The notes beneath the pieces were generated by a model, which was not told the origin of the DNA, did no database searches, and saw only the letters and a program-made list of their open reading frames with translations. A stretch of DNA of 64,000 nucleotides, from contig CAXHJY010001477.1 in the NCBI GenBank assembly GCA_964016885.1, forward strand, positions 372,001-436,000, written 5' to 3'. The stretch is from Eledone cirrhosa (lineage: Eukaryota). A program made the position numbers and the translations under genes. Below, piece after piece: positions 41,696-57,000 of the stretch; positions within the stretch are counted from its first letter, which is position 1; each line of letters begins with the position of its first letter.

Positions 41696-44600
41696 CCTGA
41701 AGAAGGAGAAATCACACCCGAGTTTGTTAACATAATCTATCACCTGAAGAAGGATAAATCACACCTGAGTTTCTGAAATTAATCTATCACCTGAAGGAGA
41801 ATAAATCACACCTGAGTTTCTTAAATTAGTCCATCACCTGAAGAAGGATAAATCACACCAGAGTTTCTTAAATTAATCTATCACCTGAAGAAGGATAAAT
41901 CACACCTGAGTTTGTTAAATTAATCAATCACCTGAAGAAGTATAAATCACACCAGAGTTTCTTTAATTAATCTATCACCTGAAGAAGGATAAATCACACC
42001 TGAGTTTCTTAAATTAATCAATCACCTGAAGAAGTATAAATTACACCAGAGTTTCTTAAATTAATCTATCACCCCAAGAAGGATAAATCACGTCTGAGTT
42101 TCTTAAATTAATCTATCACCTGAAGAAGGATAAATCACACCCGAGTTTGTTAACATAATCTATCACCTGAAGAAGGATAAATCACACCTGAGTTTGTTAA
42201 ATTAATCTATCACCTGAAGAAGGATAAATCACGTCTGAGTTTCTTAAATTAATCTATCACCTGAAGAAGGATAAATCACACCCAAGTTTGTTAACTTAAT
42301 CTATCACCCGAAGAAGGATAAATCACACCTGAGTTTCTTAAATTAATCTATCACCTGAAGACGGATAAATAACACCCGAGTTTCTTAAATTAATCTATCA
42401 CCTGAAGAAGGATAAATCACACCTGAGTTTCTTAAATTAATCAATCACCTGAAGAAGTATAAATCACACCAGAGTTTCTTAAATTAATCTATCACCTGAA
42501 GGATAAATCACACCTGAGTTTCTTAAATTAATCTATCACCTGAAGAAGGAGAAATCACACCCAAGTTTGTTAACTTAATCTATCACCTGAAGAAGGATAA
42601 ATCACACCTGAGTTTGTTAAATTAATCTATCACCTGAAGAAGCATAAATCACACCCGAGTTTGTTAAATTAATCTATCACATGAAGACGGATAAATAACA
42701 CCCGAGTTTCTTAAATTAATCTATCACCTGAAGAAGGATAAATCACACCCGAGTTTTTTATATTAATCTATCACCTGAAGAAGGAGAAATCACACCCGAG
42801 TTTGTTAACATAATCTATCACCTGAAGAAAGATAAATCACACCTGAGTCTCTGAAATTAATCTATCACCTGAAGGAGAATAAATCACACCTGAGTTTCTT
42901 AAATTAGTCTATCACCTGAAGAAGGATAAATCACACCAGAGTTTCTTTCATTAATCTATCACCTGAAGAAGGATAAATCACACCTGAGTTTCTTAAATTA
43001 ATCAATCACCTGAAGAAGTATAAATTACACCAGAGTTTCTTAAATTAATCTATCACCCCAAGAAGGATAAATCACGTCTGAGTTTCTTAAATTAATCTAT
43101 CACCTGAAGAAGGATAAATCACACCCGAGTTTGCTAACATAATCTATCACCTGAAGAAGGATAAATCACGTCTGAATTTCTCAAATTAATCTATCACCTG
43201 AAGACGGATAAATAACACCCGAGTTTCTTAAATTAATCTATCACCTGAAGAAGGATAAATCACACCTGAGTTTCTTAAATTAATTAATCACCTGAAGAAG
43301 TATAAATCACACCAGAGTTTCTTAAATTAAACTATCACCTGAAGAAGGATAAATCATACCTGAGTTTGTTAAATTAATCTATCACCTGAAGAAGGATAAA
43401 TAACACCCGAGTTTCTTAAATTAATCTATCACCTGAAGAAGGATAAATCACACCTGAGTTTGTTAAATTAATCAATCACCTGAAGAAGTATAAATCACAC
43501 CAGAGTTTCTTAAATTAATCTATCACCTGAAGGATAAATCACACCTGAGTTTCTTAAATTAATCTATCACCTGAAGAAGGATAAATCACACCCAAGTTTG
43601 TTAACTTAATCTATCACCTGAGTTTGTTAAATTAATCTATCACACGAAGAAGGATAAATCACACCTGAGTTTCTTAAATTAATCTATCACCTGAAGAAGG
43701 AGAAATCACACCCAAGTTTGTTAACTTAATCTATCACCTGAAGAAGGATAAATCACACCTGAGTTTGTTAAATTAATCTATCACCTGAAGAAGCATAAAT
43801 CACACCCGAGTTTGTTAAATTAATCTATCACCTGAAGAAGGATAAATCACACCTGAGTTTGTTAAATTAATCTATCACCTGAAGAAGGATAAATCACACC
43901 TGAGTTTATTAAATTAATCTATCACCTGAAGATGTATAAATAACACCTGAGTTTATTAAATTAATCTATCACCTTAAGAAGGATAAATCACACCTGAGTT
44001 TGTTAAATTAATCTATCACATGAAGACGGATAAATAACACCTGAGTTTCTTAAATTAATCTATCACCTGAAGAAGGATAAATCACACCCGAGTTTTTCAT
44101 ATTAATCAATCATCTGAAGAAGCATAAATCACACCCGAGTTTGTTAAATTAATCTCTCACCTGAAGAAGGAGAAATCACACCCGAGTTTGTTAACATAAT
44201 CTATCACCTGAAGAAGGATAATTCACACCTGAGTTTCTGAAATTAATCTATCACCTGAAGGAGAATAAATCACACCTGAGTTTCTTAAATTAGTCTATCA
44301 CCTGAAGAAGGATAAATCACACCAGAGTTTCTTAAATTAATCTATCACCTGAAGAAGGATAAATCACACCTGAGTTTGTTAAATTAATCAATCACCTGAA
44401 GAAGTATAAATCACACCAGAGTTTCTTAAATTAATCTATCACCTGAAGAAGGATAAATCACACCTGAGTTTCTTAAATTAATCTATCACCTGAAGAAGGA
44501 TAAATAACATCTGAGTTTCTTAAAATTAATCTATCACCTGAAGAAGGATAAATAACACCTGACTTTGTTAAATTAATCTATCACCTGAAGAAGTATAAAT

Positions 44601-47600
44601 CACACCAGAGTTTCTTTAATTAATCTATCACCTGAAGAAGGATAAATCACACCTGAGTTTCTTAAATTAATCAATCACCTGAAGAAGTATAAATCACACC
44701 AGAGTTTCTTAAATTAATCTATCACCTTAAGAAGGATAAATCACACCTGAGTTTCTTAAATTAATCTATCACCTGAAGAAGGATAAATAACATCTGAGTT
44801 TCTTAAAATTAATCTATCACCTGAAGAAGGATAAATAACACCTGACTTTGTTAAATTAATCTATCACCTGAAGAAGTATAAATCACACCAGAGTTTCTTT
44901 AATTAATCTATCACCTGAAGAAGGATAAATCACACCTGAGTTTCTTAAATTAATCTATCACCTGAAGAAGGCTAAATCATGTCTGATTTTCTTAAATTAA
45001 TCTATCACCTGAAGAAGGAGAAATCACACCCAAGTTTGTTAACTTAATCTATCACCTGAAGAAGGAGAAATCACACCTGAGTTTGTTAAATTAATCTATC
45101 ACCTGAAGAAGGATAAACCACACCCGAGTTTCTTAAATTAATCTATCACCTGAAGAAGCATAAATCACACCCGAGTTTGTTAAATTAATCTATCACCCGA
45201 AGAAGGATAAATCACACCTGAGTTTGTTAAATTAATCTATCACCTGAAGAAGGATAAATCACACCTGAGTTTATTAAATTAATCTATCACCTGAAGATGG
45301 ATAAATAACACCTGAGTTTATTAAATTAATCTATCACCTGAAGAAGGATAAATCACACCTGAGTTTGTTAAATTAATCTATCACATGAAGACGGATAAAT
45401 AACACCCGAGTTTCTTAAATTAATCTATCACCTGAAGAAGGATAAGTCACACCCGAGTTTTTTATATTAATCAATCACCTGAAGAAGCATAAATCACACC
45501 CGAGTTTGTTAAATTAATCTATCACCTGAAGAAGGAGAAATCACACCCTAGTTTGTTAACATAATCTATCACCTGAAGAAGGATAAATCACACCTGAGTC
45601 TCTGAAATTAATCTATCACCTGAAGGAGAATAAATCACACCTGAGTTTCTTAAATTCGTCTATCACCTGAAGAAGGATAAATCACACCAGAGTTTCTTAA
45701 ATTAATCTATCACCTGAAGAAGGATAAATCACACCTGAGTTTGTTAAATTAATCAATCACCTGAAGAAGTATAAATCACACCAGAGTTTCTTAAATTAAT
45801 CTATCACCTGAAGAAGGATAAATCACACCTGAGTTTCTTAAATTAATCTATCACCTGAAGAAGGATAAATAACATCTGAGTTTCTTAAAATTAATCTATC
45901 ACCTGAAGAAGGATAAATAACACCTGACTTTGTTAAATTAATCTATCACCTGAAGAAGTATAAATCACACCAGAGTTTCTTTAATTAATCTATCACCTGA
46001 AGAAGGATAAATCACACCTGAGTTTGTTAAATTAATCTATCACATGAAGACGGATAAATAACACCCGAGTTTCTTAAATTAATCTATCACCTGAAGAAGG
46101 ATGAATCACACCCGAGTTTTTCATATTAATCAATCACCTGAAGAAGCATAAATCACACCCGAGTTTGTTAAATTAATCTATCACCTGAAGAAGGAGAAAT
46201 CACACCCGAGTTTGTTAACATAATCTATCACCTGAAGAAGGATAAATCACACCTGAGTTTCTGAAATTAATCTATCACCTGAAGGAGAATAAATCACACC
46301 TGAGTTTCTTAAATTAGTCTATCACCTGAAGAAGGATAAATCACACCTGAGTTTGTTAAATTAATCAATCACCTGAAGAAGGAGAAATCACACCTGACTT
46401 TGTCAAATTAATCTATCACCTGAAGAAGCATAAATCACACCCGAGTTTGTTAAATTAATCTATCACCTGAAGAAGGATAAATCACACCTGAGTTTGTTAA
46501 ATTAATCTATCACCTGAAGAAGGATAAATCACACCTGAGTTTATTAAATTAATCTATCACCTGAAGATGTATAAATAACACCTGAGTTTATTAAATTAAT
46601 CTATCACCTTAAGAAGGATAAATCACACCTGAGTTTGTTAAATTAATCTATCACATGAAGACGGATAAATAACACCTGAGTTTCTTAAATTAATCTATCA
46701 CCTGAAGAAGGATAAATCACACCCGAGTTTTTCATATTAATCAATCATCTGAAGAAGCATAAATCACACCCGAGTTTGTTAAATTAATCTCTCACCTGAA
46801 GAAGGAGAAATCACACCCGAGTTTGTTAACATAATCTATCACCTGAAGAAGGATAAATCACACCTGAGTTTCTGAAATTAATCTATCACCTGAAGGAGAA
46901 TAAATCACACCTGAGTTTCTTAAATTAGTCCATCACCTGAAGAAGGATAAATCACACCAGAGTTTCTTAAATTAATCTATCACCTGAAGAAGGATAAATC
47001 ACACCTGAGTTTGTTAAATTAATCAATCACCTGAAGAAGTATAAATCACACCAGAGTTTCTTTAATTAATCTATCACCTGAAGAAGGATAAATCACACCT
47101 GAGTTTCTTAAATTAATCAATCACCTGAAGAAGTATAAATTACACCAGAGTTTCTTAAATTAATCTATCACCCCAAGAAGGATAAATCACGTCTGAGTTT
47201 CTTAAATTAATCTATCACCTGAAGAAGGATAAATCACACCCGAGTTTGTTAACATAATCTATCACCTGAAGAAGGATAAATCACACCTGAGTTTGTTAAA
47301 TTAATCTATCACCTGAAGAAGGATAAATCACGTCTGAGTTTCTTAAATTAATCTATCACCTGAAGAAGGATAAATCACACCCAAGTTTGTTAACTTAATC
47401 TATCACCCGAAGAAGGATAAATCACACCTGAGTTTCTTAAATTAATCTATCACCTGAAGACGGATAAATAACACCCGAGTTTCTTAAATTAATCTATCAC
47501 CTGAAGAAGGATAAATCACACCTGAGTTTCTTAAATTAATCAATCACCTGAAGAAGTATAAATCACACCAGAGTTTCTTAAATTAATCTATCACCTGAAG

Positions 47601-50600
47601 GATAAATCACACCTGAGTTTCTTAAATTAATCTATCACCTGAAGAAGGAGAAATCACACCCAAGTTTGTTAACTTAATCTATCACCTGAAGAAGGATAAA
47701 TCACACCTGAGTTTGTTAAATTAATCTATCACCTGAAGAAGCATAAATCACACCCGAGTTTGTTAAATTAATCTATCACATGAAGACGGATAAATAACAC
47801 CCGAGTTTCTTAAATTAATCTATCACCTGAAGAAGGATAAATCACACCCGAGTTTTTTATATTAATCTATCACCTGAAGAAGGAGAAATCACACCCGAGT
47901 TTGTTAACATAATCTATCACCTGAAGAAAGATAAATCACACCTGAGTCTCTGAAATTAATCTATCACCTGAAGGAGAATAAATCACACCTGAGTTTCTTA
48001 AATTAGTCTATCACCTGAAGAAGGATAAATCACACCAGAGTTTCTTTCATTAATCTATCACCTGAAGAAGGATAAATCACACCTGAGTTTCTTAAATTAA
48101 TCAATCACCTGAAGAAGTATAAATTACACCAGAGTTTCTTAAATTAATCTATCACCCCAAGAAGGATAAATCACGTCTGAGTTTCTTAAATTAATCTATC
48201 ACCTGAAGAAGGATAAATCACACCCGAGTTTGCTAACATAATCTATCACCTGAAGAAGGATAAATCACGTCTGAATTTCTCAAATTAATCTATCACCTGA
48301 AGACGGATAAATAACACCCGAGTTTCTTAAATTAATCTATCACCTGAAGAAGGATAAATCACACCTGAGTTTCTTAAATTAATTAATCACCTGAAGAAGT
48401 ATAAATCACACCAGAGTTTCTTAAATTAAACTATCACCTGAAGAAGGATAAATCATACCTGAGTTTGTTAAATTAATCTATCACCTGAAGAAGGATAAAT
48501 AACACCCGAGTTTCTTAAATTAATCTATCACCTGAAGAAGGATAAATCACACCTGAGTTTGTTAAATTAATCAATCACCTGAAGAAGTATAAATCACACC
48601 AGAGTTTCTTAAATTAATCTATCACCTGAAGGATAAATCACACCTGAGTTTCTTAAATTAATCTATCACCTGAAGAAGGATAAATCACACCCAAGTTTGT
48701 TAACTTAATCTATCACCTGAGTTTGTTAAATTAATCTATCACACGAAGAAGGATAAATCACACCTGAGTTTCTTAAATTAATCTATCACCTGAAGAAGGA
48801 GAAATCACACCCAAGTTTGTTAACTTAATCTATCACCTGAAGAAGGATAAATCACACCTGAGTTTGTTAAATTAATCTATCACCTGAAGAAGCATAAATC
48901 ACACCCGAGTTTGTTAAATTAATCTATCACCTGAAGAAGGATAAATCACACCTGAGTTTGTTAAATTAATCTATCACCTGAAGAAGGATAAATCACACCT
49001 GAGTTTATTAAATTAATCTATCACCTGAAGATGTATAAATAACACCTGAGTTTATTAAATTAATCTATCACCTTAAGAAGGATAAATCACACCTGAGTTT
49101 GTTAAATTAATCTATCACATGAAGACGGATAAATAACACCTGAGTTTCTTAAATTAATCTATCACCTGAAGAAGGATAAATCACACCCGAGTTTTTCATA
49201 TTAATCAATCATCTGAAGAAGCATAAATCACACCCGAGTTTGTTAAATTAATCTCTCACCTGAAGAAGGAGAAATCACACCCGAGTTTGTTAACATAATC
49301 TATCACCTGAAGAAGGATAATTCACACCTGAGTTTCTGAAATTAATCTATCACCTGAAGGAGAATAAATCACACCTGAGTTTCTTAAATTAGTCTATCAC
49401 CTGAAGAAGGATAAATCACACCAGAGTTTCTTAAATTAATCTATCACCTGAAGAAGGATAAATCACACCTGAGTTTGTTAAATTAATCAATCACCTGAAG
49501 AAGTATAAATCACACCAGAGTTTCTTAAATTAATCTATCACCTGAAGAAGGATAAATCACACCTGAGTTTCTTAAATTAATCTATCACCTGAAGAAGGAT
49601 AAATAACATCTGAGTTTCTTAAAATTAATCTATCACCTGAAGAAGGATAAATAACACCTGACTTTGTTAAATTAATCTATCACCTGAAGAAGTATAAATC
49701 ACACCAGAGTTTCTTTAATTAATCTATCACCTGAAGAAGGATAAATCACACCTGAGTTTCTTAAATTAATCAATCACCTGAAGAAGTATAAATCACACCA
49801 GAGTTTCTTAAATTAATCTATCACCTTAAGAAGGATAAATCACACCTGAGTTTCTTAAATTAATCTATCACCTGAAGAAGGATAAATAACATCTGAGTTT
49901 CTTAAAATTAATCTATCACCTGAAGAAGGATAAATAACACCTGACTTTGTTAAATTAATCTATCACCTGAAGAAGTATAAATCACACCAGAGTTTCTTTA
50001 ATTAATCTATCACCTGAAGAAGGATAAATCACACCTGAGTTTCTTAAATTAATCTATCACCTGAAGAAGGCTAAATCATGTCTGATTTTCTTAAATTAAT
50101 CTATCACCTGAAGAAGGAGAAATCACACCCAAGTTTGTTAACTTAATCTATCACCTGAAGAAGGAGAAATCACACCTGAGTTTGTTAAATTAATCTATCA
50201 CCTGAAGAAGGATAAACCACACCCGAGTTTCTTAAATTAATCTATCACCTGAAGAAGCATAAATCACACCCGAGTTTGTTAAATTAATCTATCACCCGAA
50301 GAAGGATAAATCACACCTGAGTTTGTTAAATTAATCTATCACCTGAAGAAGGATAAATCACACCTGAGTTTATTAAATTAATCTATCACCTGAAGATGGA
50401 TAAATAACACCTGAGTTTATTAAATTAATCTATCACCTGAAGAAGGATAAATCACACCTGAGTTTGTTAAATTAATCTATCACATGAAGACGGATAAATA
50501 ACACCCGAGTTTCTTAAATTAATCTATCACCTGAAGAAGGATAAGTCACACCCGAGTTTTTTATATTAATCAATCACCTGAAGAAGCATAAATCACACCC

Positions 50601-51954
50601 GAGTTTGTTAAATTAATCTATCACCTGAAGAAGGAGAAATCACACCCTAGTTTGTTAACATAATCTATCACCTGAAGAAGGATAAATCACACCTGAGTCT
50701 CTGAAATTAATCTATCACCTGAAGGAGAATAAATCACACCTGAGTTTCTTAAATTCGTCTATCACCTGAAGAAGGATAAATCACACCAGAGTTTCTTAAA
50801 TTAATCTATCACCTGAAGAAGGATAAATCACACCTGAGTTTGTTAAATTAATCAATCACCTGAAGAAGTATAAATCACACCAGAGTTTCTTAAATTAATC
50901 TATCACCTGAAGAAGGATAAATCACACCTGAGTTTCTTAAATTAATCTATCACCTGAAGAAGGATAAATAACATCTGAGTTTCTTAAAATTAATCTATCA
51001 CCTGAAGAAGGATAAATAACACCTGACTTTGTTAAATTAATCTATCACCTGAAGAAGTATAAATCACACCAGAGTTTCTTTAATTAATCTATCACCTGAA
51101 GAAGGATAAATCACACCTGAGTTTGTTAAATTAATCTATCACATGAAGACGGATAAATAACACCCGAGTTTCTTAAATTAATCTATCACCTGAAGAAGGA
51201 TGAATCACACCCGAGTTTTTCATATTAATCAATCACCTGAAGAAGCATAAATCACACCCGAGTTTGTTAAATTAATCTATCACCTGAAGAAGGAGAAATC
51301 ACACCCGAGTTTGTTAACATAATCTATCACCTGAAGAAGGATAAATCACACCTGAGTTTCTGAAATTAATCTATCACCTGAAGGAGAATAAATCACACCT
51401 GAGTTTCTTAAATTAGTCTATCACCTGAAGAAGGATAAATCACACCTGAGTTTGTTAAATTAATCAATCACCTGAAGAAGGAGAAATCACACCTGACTTT
51501 GTCAAATTAATCTATCACCTGAAGAAGCATAAATCACACCCGAGTTTGTTAAATTAATCTATCACCTGAAGAAGGATAAATCACACCTGAGTTTGTTAAA
51601 TTAATCTATCACCTGAAGAAGGATAAATCACACCTGAGTTTATTAAATTAATCTATCACCTGAAGATGTATAAATAACACCTGAGTTTATTAAATTAATC
51701 TATCACCTTAAGAAGGATAAATCACACCTGAGTTTGTTAAATTAATCTATCACATGAAGACGGATAAATAACACCTGAGTTTCTTAAATTAATCTATCAC
51801 CTGAAGAAGGATAAATCACACCCGAGTTTTTCATATTAATCAATCATCTGAAGAAGCATAAATCACACCCGAGTTTGTTAAATTAATCTCTCACCTGAAG
51901 AAGGAGAAATCACACCCGAGTTTGTTAACATAATCTATCACCTGAAGAAGGATA
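41696..51954 (+). repeat. Tandem duplication, 5,099-bp unit (109 monomers)
   Basis: AGTCCATC (CCAT at 41831/46930), the 26-mer at 43607/48706, GATAAGTCAC at 45441/50540 and TTCGTC (CG at 45657/50756). 5,099 = 109x47-21-3-3+3. Confidence 0.88.
42930..44705 (+). repeat. Copy of ~37170-38945 (offset 5,757 bp)
   Basis: TGCTAAC at 37375/43132 and the 26-mer at 37850/43607. GTCTGAATTT, ATCTCTCACC and GATAATTCAC are shared. A few substitutions distinguish the copies. Confidence 0.8.
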
Positions 51955-54037
51955 ATTCACACCTGAGTTTCTGAAATTAATCTATCACCTGAAGGAGAAT
52001 AAATCACACCTGAGTTTCTTAAATTAGTCTATCACCTGAAGAAGGATAAATCACACCAGAGTTTCTTAAATTAATCTATCACCTGAAGAAGGATAAATCA
52101 CACCTGAGTTTGTTAAATTAATCAATCACCTGAAGAAGTATAAATCACACCAGAGTTTCTTAAATTAATCTATCACCTGAAGAAGGATAAATCACACCTG
52201 AGTTTCTTAAATTAATCTATCACCTGAAGAAGGATAAATAACATCTGAGTTTCTTAAAATTAATCTATCACCTGAAGAAGGATAAATAACACCTGACTTT
52301 GTTAAATTAATCTATCACCTGAAGAAGTATAAATCACACCAGAGTTTCTTTAATTAATCTATCACCTGAAGAAGGATAAATCACACCTGAGTTTCTTAAA
52401 TTAATCAATCACCTGAAGAAGTATAAATCACACCAGAGTTTCTTAAATTAATCTATCACCTTAAGAAGGATAAATCACACCTGAGTTTCTTAAATTAATC
52501 TATCACCTGAAGAAGGATAAATAACATCTGAGTTTCTTAAAATTAATCTATCACCTGAAGAAGGATAAATAACACCTGACTTTGTTAAATTAATCTATCA
52601 CCTGAAGAAGTATAAATCACACCAGAGTTTCTTTAATTAATCTATCACCTGAAGAAGGATAAATCACACCTGAGTTTCTTAAATTAATCTATCACCTGAA
52701 GAAGGCTAAATCATGTCTGATTTTCTTAAATTAATCTATCACCTGAAGAAGGAGAAATCACACCCAAGTTTGTTAACTTAATCTATCACCTGAAGAAGGA
52801 GAAATCACACCTGAGTTTGTTAAATTAATCTATCACCTGAAGAAGGATAAACCACACCCGAGTTTCTTAAATTAATCTATCACCTGAAGAAGCATAAATC
52901 ACACCCGAGTTTGTTAAATTAATCTATCACCCGAAGAAGGATAAATCACACCTGAGTTTGTTAAATTAATCTATCACCTGAAGAAGGATAAATCACACCT
53001 GAGTTTATTAAATTAATCTATCACCTGAAGACGGATAAATAACACCCGAGTTTCTTAAATTAATCTATCACCTGAAGAAGGATAAGTCACACCCGAGTTT
53101 TTTATATTAATCAATCACCTGAAGAAGCATAAATCACACCCGAGTTTGTTAAATTAATCTATCACCTGAAGAAGGAGAAATCACACCCTAGTTTGTTAAC
53201 ATAATCTATCACCTGAAGAAGGATAAATCACACCTGAGTCTCTGAAATTAATCTATCACCTGAAGGAGAATAAATCACACCTGAGTTTCTTAAATTCGTC
53301 TATCACCTGAAGAAGGATAAATCACACCAGAGTTTCTTAAATTAATCTATCACCTGAAGAAGGATAAATCACACCTGAGTTTGTTAAATTAATCAATCAC
53401 CTGAAGAAGTATAAATCACACCAGAGTTTCTTAAATTAATCTATCACCTGAAGAAGGATAAATCACACCTGAGTTTCTTAAATTAATCTATCACCTGAAG
53501 AAGGATAAATAACATCTGAGTTTCTTAAAATTAATCTATCACCTGAAGAAGGATAAATAACACCTGACTTTGTTAAATTAATCTATCACCTGAAGAAGTA
53601 TAAATCACACCAGAGTTTCTTTAATTAATCTATCACCTGAAGAAGGATAAATCACACCTGAGTTTGTTAAATTAATCTATCACATGAAGACGGATAAATA
53701 ACACCCGAGTTTCTTAAATTAATCTATCACCTGAAGAAGGATGAATCACACCCGAGTTTTTCATATTAATCAATCACCTGAAGAAGCATAAATCACACCC
53801 GAGTTTGTTAAATTAATCTATCACCTGAAGAAGGAGAAATCACACCCGAGTTTGTTAACATAATCTATCACCTGAAGAAGGATAAATCACACCTGAGTTT
53901 CTGAAATTAATCTATCACCTGAAGGAGAATAAATCACACCTGAGTTTCTTAAATTAGTCTATCACCTGAAGAAGGATAAATCACACCTGAGTTTGTTAAA
54001 TTAATCAATCACCTGAAGAAGGAGAAATCACACCTGA
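48870..54037 (+). repeat. Tandem duplication, 2,635-bp unit (56 monomers); second copy lacks 2 monomers near 53020
   Basis: AGCAT at 48891/51526 and GATAATTCAC at 49316/51951 (offset 2,635 = 56x47+3). After ~53020 the offset is 2,541 (GATAAGTCAC at 50540/53081). Confidence 0.85.
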
Positions 54038-54039
54038 GT

Positions 54040-57000
54040 TTCTTAAATTAATCAATCACCTGAAGAAGTATAAATCACACCAGAGTTTCTTTAACTAATC
54101 TATCACCTGAAGAAGGATAAATCACACCTGAGTTTCTTAAATTAATCAATCACCTGAAGAAGTATAAATCACACCAGAGTTTCTTAAATTAATCTATCAC
54201 CCCAAGAAGGATAAATCACGTCTGAGCTTCTTAAATTAATCTATCACCTGAAGAAGGATAAATCACACCCGAGTTTGTTAACATAATCTATCACCTGAAG
54301 AAGGATAAATCACGTCTGAGTTTCTTAAATTAATCTATCACCTGAAGAAGAATAAATCACACCTGAGTTTCTTAAATTAATCTATCACCTGAAGAAGGCT
54401 AAATCATGTCTGATTTTCTTAAATTAATCTATCACCTGAAGAAGGAGAAATCACACCCAAGTTTGTTAACTTAATCTATCACCTGAAGAAGGAGAAATCA
54501 CACCTGAGTTTGTTAAATTAATCTATCACCTGAAGAAGGATAAACCACACCCGAGTTTCTTAAATTAATCTATCACCTGAAGAAGCATAAATCACACCCG
54601 AGTTTGTTAAATTAATCTATCACCCAAAGAAGGATAAATCACACCTGAGTTTGTTAAATTAATGTATCACCTGAAGAAGGATAAATCACACCTGAGTTTA
54701 TTAAATTAATCTATCACCTGAAGATGGATAAATAACACCTGAGTTTATTAAATTAATCTATCACCTGAAGAAGGATAAATCACACCTGAGTTTGTTAAAT
54801 TAATCTATCACATGAAGACGGATAAATAACACCCGAGTTTCTTAAATTAATCTATCACCTGAAGAAGGATAAATCACACCCGAGTTTTTTATATTAATCA
54901 ATCACCTGAAGAAGCATAAATCACACCCGAGTTTGTTAAATTAATCTATCACCTGAAGAAGGAGAAATCACACCCGAGTTTGTTAACATAATCTATCACC
55001 TGAAGAAAGATAAATCACACCTGAGTCTCTGAAATTAATCTATCACCTGAAGGAGAATAAATCACACCTGAGTTTCTTAAATTAGTCTATCACCTGAAGA
55101 AGGATAAATCACACCAGAGTTTCTTAAATTAATCTATCACCTCAAGAAGGATAAATCACACCTGAGTTTCTTAAATTAATCTATCACCTGAAGAAGGATA
55201 AATAACATCTGAGTTTCTTAAAATTAATCTATCACCTGAAGAAGGATAAATAACACCTGACTTTGTTAAATTAATCTATCACCTGAAGAAGTATAAATCA
55301 CACCAGAGTTTCTTTAATTAATCTATCACCTGAAGAAGGATAAATCACACCTGAGTTTGTTAAATTAATCTATCACATGAAGACGGATAAATAACACCCG
55401 AGTTTCTTAAATTAATCTATCACCTGAAGAAGGATAAATCACACCCGAGTTTTTTATATTAATCAATCACCTGAAGAAGCATAAATCACACCCGAGTTTG
55501 TTAAATTAATCTATCACCTGAAGAAGGAGAAATCACACCCGAGTTTGTTAACATAATCTATCACCTGAAGAAGGATAAATCACACCTAAGTTTCTGAAAT
55601 TAATCTATCACCTGAAGGAGAATAAATCACACCTGAGTTTCTTAAATTAGTCTATCACCTGAAGAAGGATAAATCACACCAGAGTTTGTTAACATAATCT
55701 ATCACCTGAAGAAGGATAAATCACGTCTGAGTTTCTTAAATTAATCTATCACCTGAAGAAGTATAAATCACACCAGAGTTTCTTTAATTAATCTATCACC
55801 TGAAGAAGGATAAATCACACCTGAGTTTATTAAATTAATCTATCACCTGAAGATGGATAAATAACACCTGAGTTTATTAAATTAATCTATCATCTGAAGA
55901 AGGATAAATCACACCTGAGTTTGTTAAATTAATCTATCACATGAAGACGGATAAATAACACCCGAGTTTCTTAAATTAATCTATCACCTGAAGAAGGATA
56001 AATCACACCCGAGTTTTTTATATTAATCAATCACCTGAAGAAGCATAAATCACACCCGAGTTTGTTAAATTAATCTATCACCTGAAGAAGGAGAAATCAC
56101 ACCCGAGTTTGTTAACATAATCTATCACCTGAAGAAGGATAAATCACACCTGAGTCTCTGAAATTAATCTATCACCTGAAGGAGAATAAATCACACCTGA
56201 GTTTCTTAAATTAGTCTATCACCTGAAGAAGGATAAATCACAATAGAGTTTCTTAAATTAATCTATCACCTGAAGAAGGATAAATCACACCTGAGTTTCT
56301 TAAATTAATCTATCACCTGAAGAAGGATAAATAACATCTGAGTTTCTTAAAATTAATCTATCACCTGAAGAAGGATAAATAACACCTGACTTTGTTAAAT
56401 TAATCTATCACCTGAAGAAGTATAAATCACACCAGAGTTTCTTTAATTAATCTATCACCTGAAGCAGGATAAATCACACCTGAGTTTGTTAAATTAATCT
56501 ATCACATGAAGACGGATAAATAACACCCGAGTTTCTTAAATTAATCTATCACCTGAAGAAGGATAAATCACACCCGAGTTTTTTATATTAATCAATCACC
56601 TGAAGAAGCATAAATCACACCCGAGTTTGTTAAATTAATCTATGACCTGAAGAAGGAGAAATCACACCCGAGTTTGTTAACATAATCTATCACCTGAAGA
56701 AGGATAAATCACACCTGAGTTTCTGAAATTAATCTATCACCTGAAGGAGAATAAATCACACCTGAGTTTCTTAAATTAGTCCATCACCTGAAGAAGGATA
56801 AATCACACCAGAGTTTCTTAAATTAATCTATCACCTGAAGAAGGATAAATCACACCTGAGTTTGTTAAATTAATCAATCACCTGAAGAAGTATAAATCAC
56901 ACCAGAGTTTCTTTAATTAATCTATCACCTGAAGAAGGATAAATCACACCTGAGTTTCTTAAATTAATCAATCACCTGAAGAAGTATAAATTACACCAGA

